The notes under the pieces are model-generated. The model was not told where the DNA came from, did not search any database, and worked only from the letters and a program-made list of their open reading frames with translations. Below, piece after piece: positions 8,131 to 15,070 of a stretch of 25,029 bases of DNA (position 1 is its first letter; every line of letters starts with the position of its first letter). The position numbers were made by a program, and so were the translations under genes. The DNA comes from a bacterium (GTDB lineage Bacteria; Bacillota; Clostridia; Christensenellales; Aristaeellaceae), in the NCBI GenBank assembly GCA_963624325.1, contig CAVFPH010000024.1, positions 1-25,029 of the forward strand, written 5' to 3'.

Positions 8131-8766
8131 TTGACGGATGCTGTCCTGCACGCAGTGCTTGATTTTGTCGGTGCGCACTCCGCGCTGCTGACCGTTTTGA
8201 TCCTGATCCTGCTGATCATCGGCATGGTGCTGTGCCTGACTGTGCAGAAGCGCCGCTTCACCGTGCGTGAAATCGCAGCCATGGGAATGCTGGCCGCCCT
8301 CAATGTTGTACTGGCTGAGGTCTGCAAGATTACCTTCATTCCCAATGTGCTGGTTTTGTCCTTCGGGTTTTTGCCCATCGCCCTCTGCGGCATGCTTTTC
8401 GGCGTTGCACCCACGGTAACGGTTGCCGTTGTGGCCGATATCTTGGGGGCTCTGCTGTTCAGTTCCGGCTCTTTCTATTTCGGCTATACGCTCACGGCTT
8501 TCCTGACGGGCTTGTTTTATGCCGCCTTTCTGCACAAAAAGCAGCTTTCCGTTCTCCGATGCGCTCTGTGTCAGCTGCTCGTGTCGCTGGTGTGCTACGC
8601 CCTGCTGAACTCGCTCTGGGCACTTAACTGGGTTACCCAAACTGCCGCGGCCGAATATATCGGAACACGACTGCTTGCCCAGCCCATCTTGTACCCGATC
8701 TATCTGGCGTTTCTGCTGCTTTTGCGCAAATATCGCAAACCTTTGGAGGAGGCGCTGCGTCCATGA
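8131..8766 (+). CDS. folT: ECF transporter S component, folate-family (FolT-like) membrane protein
   Basis: 211 aa and multi-TM. The core LSFGFLPIALCGMLFG...VADILGALLFSSGSFYFGYTLTAFLTGLFYAAFL resembles FolT-type S components. TTG start lies 7 nt after AGGAGG (8118-8123). Confidence 0.6.
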   Translation: MTDAVLHAVLDFVGAHSALLTVLILILLIIGMVLCLTVQKRRFTVREIAAMGMLAALNVVLAEVCKITFIPNVLVLSFGFLPIALCGMLFGVAPTVTVAVVADILGALLFSSGSFYFGYTLTAFLTGLFYAAFLHKKQLSVLRCALCQLLVSLVCYALLNSLWALNWVTQTAAAEYIGTRLLAQPILYPIYLAFLLLLRKYRKPLEEALRP

Positions 8767-9407
8767 CCGTAAACAAGGCTGAAATTCTGCGCATTCTGCG
8801 GGAAACCTATCCGAATGCCAAAGCAGAGCTGCATTTTTCAAGCCCGTATGAAATGCTGGTTGCCACCATGCTTTCAGCCCAATGCACGGATAAGCAGGTC
8901 AACAAGGTAACGCCCGCCGTTTTTCGGGATTTTCCCACTCCCCGTGCCATGGCGGCCGCCGATGCCGAAACGCTTTATCCCTATGTAAAGTCCTGCGGTT
9001 TCAAATCAAAGGCCGCCCGTATTGTGGAGGCCTGCCGCATCATCGTTGAAAAATACAACGGCGAAGTCCCCGCCGATATGGACGCGCTGACCTCCCTGCC
9101 CGGCGTCGGCCGCAAAACGGCCAATGTGGTGCTGTCCAATGCATTCAACATTCCCGCCATTGCCGTTGATACGCACGTTTTCCGCGTCAGCAATCGGCTC
9201 GGTCTGGCCGATGCCGATCAGGTGCTGGAAACCGAGCGTCAGCTTCAGCTTGTCATTCCGCGTGAGGACTGGGGCGATGCGCATCACTGGCTGATCTGGC
9301 ACGGCCGCAGGGTATGCACGGCACGCAATCCGCACTGCGATGTCTGCCCGCTGTCCGCGCTTTGCCGTGACTATCAAACCCGTCAGGCACAGGAAACCGA
9401 GGAGTAA
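8763..9407 (+). CDS. nth: Endonuclease III (DNA glycosylase/AP lyase)
   Basis: HhH-GPD motif LTSLPGVGRKTANVVL, catalytic-region AVDTHVFRVSNRLGL, and C-terminal 4Fe-4S cluster CTARNPHCDVCPLSALC. ATGA start/stop overlap with the upstream gene. Confidence 0.95.
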   Translation: MTVNKAEILRILRETYPNAKAELHFSSPYEMLVATMLSAQCTDKQVNKVTPAVFRDFPTPRAMAAADAETLYPYVKSCGFKSKAARIVEACRIIVEKYNGEVPADMDALTSLPGVGRKTANVVLSNAFNIPAIAVDTHVFRVSNRLGLADADQVLETERQLQLVIPREDWGDAHHWLIWHGRRVCTARNPHCDVCPLSALCRDYQTRQAQETEE

Positions 9408-9409
9408 TC

Positions 9410-10210
9410 ATGAGTCAGATACCATCCCACTATGACCCGACGCACGGTCACAGCCACCAGGAGCATATGCACAGCGAGCATTGCGGTCTGTGCCGCATCG
9501 AACTGGAGCATGTGTCGGTGTCCGCCGGCGGCGATACGCTGCTGAGCGATGTCAACATGCACATTCACTGCGGTCAGCTCACCGCGCTGGTCGGGCCAAA
9601 TGGCGCGGGCAAAACCACGCTGGTGCGTGCCCTGCTTTCGCAGATTCCGCACACCGGGCAAATCCGTCATATGGACAATCAGGAGCGCCCGCTGCGCTCG
9701 GTACGCACGGGCTACGTGCCCCAGCAGCTGCCCTTTGACAAGCAGATGCCCGTCACCGTGACGGACTTTCTGGCTGCCTCCCTGACGCGCCGTCCCGTAT
9801 GGACGGGCGTCAGCAAAAAAACGCGGGCGCAGGTGCTGGAAGCCTTGTCGCTGGCCCGCGCCGAAAAGCTGGCTTCCCGCCAGCTTGGACAGCTCAGCGG
9901 CGGAGAATTGCAGCGCGTGCTGCTGGCCATGGCCCTTACCCCGACGCCTGACCTGCTGGTGTTGGATGAGCCGGTATCGGGCGTAGATCAAAACGGCCTG
10001 TGTCTGTTCTTGGATACCGTATCGGAGCTGAAAAAGAGCCGCCATATGGCAATCCTGCTCATTTCCCACGACTGGTCGCTGGTATCCCGGTATGCGGATA
10101 CCATGGTATTGCTGGATAAAACCGTGCTGTGTGAGGGAACCCCCGATACGGTATTCGGCTGTGAAACCTTCCGCAAGGCCTTTCCTGCGGCAGTAGGCAA
10201 GGAGGGATAA
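9410..10210 (+). CDS. Metal (Zn/Mn-type, ABC-3 system) ABC transporter ATP-binding protein
   Basis: Walker A GPNGAGKTT, signature LSGGELQRV, Walker B LLVLDEP. Paired with an ABC-3 permease. GAGGAG RBS at 9394-9399. The N-terminal tail is unusually rich in His and Cys. Confidence 0.9.
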   Translation: MSQIPSHYDPTHGHSHQEHMHSEHCGLCRIELEHVSVSAGGDTLLSDVNMHIHCGQLTALVGPNGAGKTTLVRALLSQIPHTGQIRHMDNQERPLRSVRTGYVPQQLPFDKQMPVTVTDFLAASLTRRPVWTGVSKKTRAQVLEALSLARAEKLASRQLGQLSGGELQRVLLAMALTPTPDLLVLDEPVSGVDQNGLCLFLDTVSELKKSRHMAILLISHDWSLVSRYADTMVLLDKTVLCEGTPDTVFGCETFRKAFPAAVGKEG

Positions 10211-10213
10211 GGC

Positions 10214-11068
10214 ATGGACGTTATATACCAAATCATGGACACGCTGCTGCCCTTTGATCTGTTCCGCTACGCCTTTATGAAAAGCGCACTGCTGGCACTG
10301 CTTTTGCTCACCCCGCTGCTGGCGCTGCTGGGCACCATGGCCGTCAATAAGCGCATGGCCTTCTTTTCGGATGCCCTGGGACACAGTGCGCTGGCAGGTT
10401 TGGGGCTGGGCGTGCTGCTTGGGCTCAGCAATGTCACGCTGATCCTGGTAATTTTCGGCATTCTGTGGGCCGTGCTGATCACGCGCATCAACCGCACCGG
10501 CTCTGCCTCCTCGGATACCACCATCAGCGTTTTTTCCTCGGCAGGCATTGCGCTGGGGCTGATTATACTGTCCGGCACGGGCCAATACAACAAATATTCT
10601 TCCATCCTGGTGGGCGATGTGCTGGCTATTACCCCAACCGATATTCTGTGGCTGGCCATTGCTTTGGCGGCCGGCCTCCTTTTGTGGGCACTGCTTTACA
10701 ACCATCTGCTGCTGACGGCCGTTAACCCGCAGCTGGCGCAAAGTCGCGGCATTGCCGTCAAGTGGGTGGAATATGCCTTTGTCATCCTGGTGGCGGTTGC
10801 CGTCATGCTCTCCATCCGCTGGGTAGGCGTGCTGCTGATTAACGCCCTGCTGATTCTGCCTGCCGCCGCGGCGCGCAATGTTGCCAAAAGCGCAGCGCAG
10901 CATGCGTTGCTGAGCGTGCTGATTTCGGTATTCAGCGGTGTTGCCGGTTTGTGCCTATCCATCCCGCTTGGCTGCGGCGTCGGTGCCGCCGTTGTGCTGT
11001 GCGCAGCCGTCTGCTATGTGATCTGCCTGCTGATCGGCCGCCTTTTGAACCTTCGTCTGCAATCCTGA
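10214..11068 (+). CDS. Metal ABC transporter permease (ABC-3/ZnuB-TroCD-like)
   Basis: 284 aa with about 8 TM segments. The ...FFSDALGHSALAGLGLG... motif is typical of ABC-3 permeases. AAGGAGGG RBS lies upstream. Confidence 0.9.
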   Translation: MDVIYQIMDTLLPFDLFRYAFMKSALLALLLLTPLLALLGTMAVNKRMAFFSDALGHSALAGLGLGVLLGLSNVTLILVIFGILWAVLITRINRTGSASSDTTISVFSSAGIALGLIILSGTGQYNKYSSILVGDVLAITPTDILWLAIALAAGLLLWALLYNHLLLTAVNPQLAQSRGIAVKWVEYAFVILVAVAVMLSIRWVGVLLINALLILPAAAARNVAKSAAQHALLSVLISVFSGVAGLCLSIPLGCGVGAAVVLCAAVCYVICLLIGRLLNLRLQS

Positions 11069-11085
11069 AGCTCCGAGGTTAATCT

Positions 11086-12855
11086 ATGAAGCTCTACCAC
11101 GACTCCCGCTCTTTGGACTGCCGTGCTCCCTTCGGTGCGGTTCGCTGCGGCGATATCGTCCGCCTGCGTGCCTATTGCCAGGGTGCGCCGCGCGCCGTAA
11201 ACGTTGTCATCACGGTAAACGGAAAGCCGCATACCATTCCCCTGCAGCCGGACGGGCATGACGGCTACGAGCTGCGCTTTGCAGCCCCGGCCGAACCTTG
11301 CCTGCTTTGGTATTATTTTGCCGCCGTCATGGAGGACGGTCAAACCGAATACCTCGGCAACGCGCACGATGGTCTGGGCGGTGTGGGCGATATATATTCT
11401 ACCGTGCCGCCCGCTTTTCAGATCACGGTATATGCGCGGGATTATGCGCCCCCGGCGTTTCTGCACGATGGGATTATGTACCAGATTTTTCCCGACCGTT
11501 TTTGTGCCAGCCGCGCGCCGTGGTATACACGGGATGATATTTATCTGCACGAAAGCTGGGATGAAGCCCCGCTGGCACTGTACGATCCCCGCAACGGCGA
11601 TACCCACTCGCGTGATTTTTTCGGCGGTGACCTTGCCGGCATCATCTCCAAACTGGATTATCTGCAGTCCCTGCACGTCACCGTACTGTATATCAACCCG
11701 ATCTTTCTGGCCCGCAGCAACCATCGCTATGATACCGGTGATTATACAAAAATCGACCCCCTGCTGGGAACGCAGGAGGATTTGAGCCGTCTGTGCGCGG
11801 AGGCCGAAAAGTGCGGCATCCGTGTGCTGCTGGACGGCGTATTCAGCCATACGGGGGATGACAGCCTGTATTTTAACCGTTACGGAAGGTATGACAGCGT
11901 AGGGGCCTATCAAAGTCCCGATTCGCCCTATGCCGGCTGGTACACCTTTAAGCATTTTCCGGACCGCTACAAGTGCTGGTGGGGGGTAGACGTACTGCCC
12001 GAAATCAACAAAGAAAATGAGGATTACCGGCATTTTATGCTGTCCGATGACGGCATTGCCCGCCGCTGGATTCGCAGCGGCACGTCCGGCTGGCGTCTGG
12101 ATGTTGCAGATGAGCTGCCCATGCGTTTTCTGCGTGATTTGCGTACAGCCGTAAAAGCCGAAGATGCGCAGGCCGTGCTGCTCGGCGAGGTATGGGAGGA
12201 TGCCAGCAACAAGGTATCCTACGGTGCGCAGCGCTGCTACTGCCTTGGCGATACCCTGGACAGCGTGATGAATTATCCTTTGCGCGAGGCTGCCATCGGC
12301 TTTATTACCGGTACGTTGGATGCCTATGCCTTCTGCCGCCGTCTGGACAGTCTGCGTGAAAATTACCCGATATCATTCTTCTATTCCCTGATGAACCTGA
12401 TGGGCAGTCATGACCGTGCCCGTATATTGAACGTGCTGGCCGGAGAAACATGGGAAGAGATCGATCCGCTCCATCGCGGTGAATGCCGTCTCAGCACGCA
12501 GCAGCGTGAGCTGGCCATCCGCCGTCTGGCCGAAATGTGGAAGCTTTATGCTGCCCTGCCCGGCATGCCGAGCGTTTATTACGGCGACGAGGCAGGCTTG
12601 GAGGGTGCCTCCGACCCATTCTGCCGTTTCCCCTACCCTTGGGGACATGAAGATGCGCAAATCATGGCAATCACACGGGAAGCACTGGCCCTGCGTGCCT
12701 CCCGCCCCATTCTGCGCCGCGGCGCGCTGCAGCTTGACCCCATTGACCGTGATACCGTGCGCATTCGCCGCTTTGCCTATGCGGGATGCGATGTTTTCGG
12801 GGAACCATTGGATGACATGGAATATGAAGTCATCGTCCACACCATCCATTCATGA
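11086..12855 (+). CDS. Glycoside hydrolase family 13 enzyme (neopullulanase/cyclomaltodextrinase/maltogenic-amylase-like), cytoplasmic
   Basis: 589 aa with no signal peptide. It has an N-terminal amylase-N-type domain and the four GH13 conserved regions: VLLDGVFSHTG, GWRLDVADE, LLGEVWED, LMGSHDRAR. The YQIFPDRF motif is also present. Confidence 0.9.
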   Translation: MKLYHDSRSLDCRAPFGAVRCGDIVRLRAYCQGAPRAVNVVITVNGKPHTIPLQPDGHDGYELRFAAPAEPCLLWYYFAAVMEDGQTEYLGNAHDGLGGVGDIYSTVPPAFQITVYARDYAPPAFLHDGIMYQIFPDRFCASRAPWYTRDDIYLHESWDEAPLALYDPRNGDTHSRDFFGGDLAGIISKLDYLQSLHVTVLYINPIFLARSNHRYDTGDYTKIDPLLGTQEDLSRLCAEAEKCGIRVLLDGVFSHTGDDSLYFNRYGRYDSVGAYQSPDSPYAGWYTFKHFPDRYKCWWGVDVLPEINKENEDYRHFMLSDDGIARRWIRSGTSGWRLDVADELPMRFLRDLRTAVKAEDAQAVLLGEVWEDASNKVSYGAQRCYCLGDTLDSVMNYPLREAAIGFITGTLDAYAFCRRLDSLRENYPISFFYSLMNLMGSHDRARILNVLAGETWEEIDPLHRGECRLSTQQRELAIRRLAEMWKLYAALPGMPSVYYGDEAGLEGASDPFCRFPYPWGHEDAQIMAITREALALRASRPILRRGALQLDPIDRDTVRIRRFAYAGCDVFGEPLDDMEYEVIVHTIHS

Positions 12856-12861
12856 TTTTGC

Positions 12862-12890
12862 TTGACATTGTGCACCCTTTGCGCTAATAT
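12862..12890 (+). promoter_or_regulatory. Sigma-A-type promoter upstream of the TIM-barrel isomerase/epimerase gene
   Basis: TTGACA (12862-12867), a 17-nt spacer, then TAATAT (12885-12890). It lies directly after the GH13 stop. Confidence 0.55.
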
Positions 12891-12952
12891 GGCTTGACAG
12901 GAAAGCGGCAGCGTGTACAAATCAGGAAAAACACGCTTTCTGTTTTCCAATA

Positions 12953-12968
12953 TTTGGAGCGGTCTAAA
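12953..12968. promoter_or_regulatory. Candidate LacI-type operator (site 1)
   Basis: TTTGGAGCGGTCTAAA is a 16-bp imperfect palindrome centred on CG. It shares 11 invariant positions with the sites at 13848 and 15042. It lies in the leader, 29 nt upstream of ATG 12997. Confidence 0.4.
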
Positions 12969-12996
12969 TTATTCCGCTTTGAAGGAGGCATTTTCT

Positions 12997-13818
12997 ATGC
13001 TGATTTCCACCAACTCCGGTCTTTACAGCGCCCGCCCGAATGCCCTGCGTGTGCCCATGGCAGAATCCATGGACTTTTACGGCCGTATGGGATTTGAAGC
13101 AGTTGATGTAAACTTCGCCGCCACCATTTATACCGAGCCCGAAAAGCACGAGCCCATTCTGGATGGCGATTGGAAGCAGAATCTGGATACCGTGCTGGAG
13201 GCAATCCACCGCCGGAATCTGGTTGTTTCCCACACCCATGTACCCTTCTATGATTACGAAATGGCGGATAAGGAGCGGCTTGACTTCTGTAACCGCATGA
13301 CCTTCCTATCCATTGAAGCCTCTGCCTACGTCGGTGCAAAATATGCCGTCATTCACCCCCAGCGCGATGCCGAAAAGCACACCCTGATTGAGCGCACAGT
13401 CGAGCTGCTGGCTCCCTTTAATCAGTTTGCCAAGGAGCACGGCGTAACCCTGTGTGTTGAAAACATGTTCACCACCACGGCGCAGGAACTGCGGGACATC
13501 GTGGATTTGATGGGCTGCTGTGCCTGCTGGGATGTCGGCCATGCCAATTACGGGCATCATCCGATGTATGAAAGCATGATGCTGCTGGGCAAGCGCATCC
13601 GCGTTTTGCATCTGCACGATAATTACGGCACGCGCGATGACCACAGCCTGCCGTACTTCGGCACCATTGATTGGGACGAGGTCATGCGTGCCCTGCACGA
13701 TTTCGGCTACGAAGGCACCTTCAATTATGAAGTCAGCGCCACCCATTTGCCCATGGCATTGCGTGAGGATCACGCCCGCTACCTGGTAAATGCCGCCAAG
13801 ATGCTGCTCGGGCGGTAA
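12997..13818 (+). CDS. Sugar phosphate isomerase/epimerase family protein (xylose-isomerase-like TIM barrel, AP_endonuc_2 fold)
   Basis: 273 aa with the family metal-ligand pattern (..VIHP.., ..LCVENMF.., ..WDVGHANY.., ..LHLHDN..DDHSLPYFGTIDWDEVMRAL..GYEGTFNYEV). A GGAGG RBS at 12984-12988 supports ATG 12997 rather than GTG 12913. Confidence 0.85.
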   Translation: MLISTNSGLYSARPNALRVPMAESMDFYGRMGFEAVDVNFAATIYTEPEKHEPILDGDWKQNLDTVLEAIHRRNLVVSHTHVPFYDYEMADKERLDFCNRMTFLSIEASAYVGAKYAVIHPQRDAEKHTLIERTVELLAPFNQFAKEHGVTLCVENMFTTTAQELRDIVDLMGCCACWDVGHANYGHHPMYESMMLLGKRIRVLHLHDNYGTRDDHSLPYFGTIDWDEVMRALHDFGYEGTFNYEVSATHLPMALREDHARYLVNAAKMLLGR

Positions 13819-13847
13819 TCCATCCGCGTTTATGTAATAATTTTTTC

Positions 13848-13863
13848 TTTGTACCGGTTGAAA
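13848..13863. promoter_or_regulatory. Candidate LacI-type operator (site 2, autoregulatory position)
   Basis: TTTGTACCGGTTGAAA matches the 15042 site at 13 of 16 positions. It ends 6 bp upstream of the -35 box of the lacI-like gene promoter. Confidence 0.4.
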
Positions 13864-13869
13864 ATACAA

Positions 13870-13898
13870 TTGACAGTCACTCCCTTCCGCGTTATACT
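13870..13898 (+). promoter_or_regulatory. Sigma-A-type promoter of the LacI-family regulator gene
   Basis: TTGACA (13870-13875), a 17-nt spacer, then TATACT (13893-13898). Confidence 0.6.
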
Positions 13899-13975
13899 GG
13901 AATGGCTATGTTGGTTGTATTTTTGCCGGTACAGGAAACGGATTTTCTGCCAACCTTGATTGAAGGGGGATGCAC

Positions 13976-15007
13976 ATGATTACCATTCGCGAGATCGCCG
14001 CCATCGCAGGTGTTTCCCGCAGCACGGTATCTCTTGTACTCAACAACAGTCCCCTTGTCAAAGAAGAAACCCGCGAGAAAGTCCGCGCGGTCATCCGCGA
14101 AACCGGCTATGTTCCCAACAGCAACGCAAGAAACCTAAGCTGGCGCGCCACCAAATGCCTCGGCATCGTCATTTTGTCCGATCTAAAACGATCCGCCGTC
14201 TATGACTACTCGCATTCTGTCGGCTTGTTTTCCCTGAATGTCATGCAGGGGTTGATTGACAGGCTGTCCGATACCGAGTACAGCATGCTTATCGAGTACT
14301 TCTCCCCCAACCAGGCGGAAGATGTGCCCCACCTTCCCAAACTGCTTCGGGAGCGTAAGGTGGACGGTGTATTCTTGGTAGGCGGATTTCTGAGCGGTCA
14401 TCTCTTGGCGGACTGCCTTTCAACAGGCGTACCGATGGTTTCAGTCGGTCTTGATTCTCCCTCCACCCTATGTGACTGCGTGATATCCGATCTGGAGGGC
14501 GGCACCTATCAAGCGCTGATGGCGCTCCATCGCAAGGGACGCCGCCAAATCGTGCTGATGAACTGCCCGCGTTCCTTCCTTTCCAGCCAGCCGCGTGTAC
14601 GCGCCATGCAGCGCTTCTGCCGGGATATCGGCACAGCCTTCAGCGAGGATATGGTGCTCTACAGCCAGCACAACAACGGTGAAAGTGCCTATGAAGCGCT
14701 GAAAAAAAGCTGGCAGGACGGTCAACGTTTTGATGGTCTGGTTGGGGCAAACCCGCAGGCTGCACTGGGTGCAATGCGGCTTCTGCATGAAATCGGGCTT
14801 CGCGTGCCGCAGGATGTATCCATTATCTCCTATGAGGATAACTCGCTGTGCGGCTATGCCATTCCCCCGCTGACGGCAATCAACATCCGTCAGAACGTTA
14901 TGGGCACACAGGCAGCGGAAATGATGCTGTCCCGCCTTTCGGAGCCGGATCAGCCTGTGCGTTCCATCGTTATCCCCTCTTACATGGTCGAGCGCGAAAG
15001 CGTTTGA
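13976..15007 (+). CDS. LacI/GalR-family transcriptional repressor
   Basis: N-terminal HTH MITIREIAAIAGVSRSTVSLVLNNSPLVKEETREKVRAVIRETGYVPNSNARNL, followed by a periplasmic-binding-protein-like sugar-binding domain. AAGGGGG RBS spacing favours ATG 13976 over 13970. Confidence 0.9.
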   Translation: MITIREIAAIAGVSRSTVSLVLNNSPLVKEETREKVRAVIRETGYVPNSNARNLSWRATKCLGIVILSDLKRSAVYDYSHSVGLFSLNVMQGLIDRLSDTEYSMLIEYFSPNQAEDVPHLPKLLRERKVDGVFLVGGFLSGHLLADCLSTGVPMVSVGLDSPSTLCDCVISDLEGGTYQALMALHRKGRRQIVLMNCPRSFLSSQPRVRAMQRFCRDIGTAFSEDMVLYSQHNNGESAYEALKKSWQDGQRFDGLVGANPQAALGAMRLLHEIGLRVPQDVSIISYEDNSLCGYAIPPLTAINIRQNVMGTQAAEMMLSRLSEPDQPVRSIVIPSYMVERESV

Positions 15008-15032
15008 CAAAGCAGTCTTTTGATTTTATTTT
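15004..15032 (+). promoter_or_regulatory. Possible promoter of the flavoenzyme-ABC-araB operon
   Basis: TTGACA (15004-15009, overlapping the lacI stop), a 17-nt spacer, then TATTTT (15027-15032). The -10 element is weaker. Confidence 0.4.
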
Positions 15033-15041
15033 TGCTTGAGA

Positions 15042-15057
15042 TTTAGACCGGTTTAAA
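15042..15057. promoter_or_regulatory. Candidate LacI-type operator (site 3, best palindrome)
   Basis: TTTAGACCGGTTTAAA has 14 of 16 positions self-complementary around a central CG. It lies just downstream of the putative -10 and 14 nt upstream of ATG 15071, a classic repressor roadblock position. Confidence 0.45.
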
Positions 15058-15070
15058 GGAAGGAGTCCTG

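Noticed and set aside
13920-13935. Fourth operator-like site, TTTTTGCCGGTACAGG, in the lacI leader
   Set aside because: Only about 9-11 of 16 positions match the other three sites, and it lacks the AAA flank. That is too weak to call independently, so it is mentioned under the motif finding.
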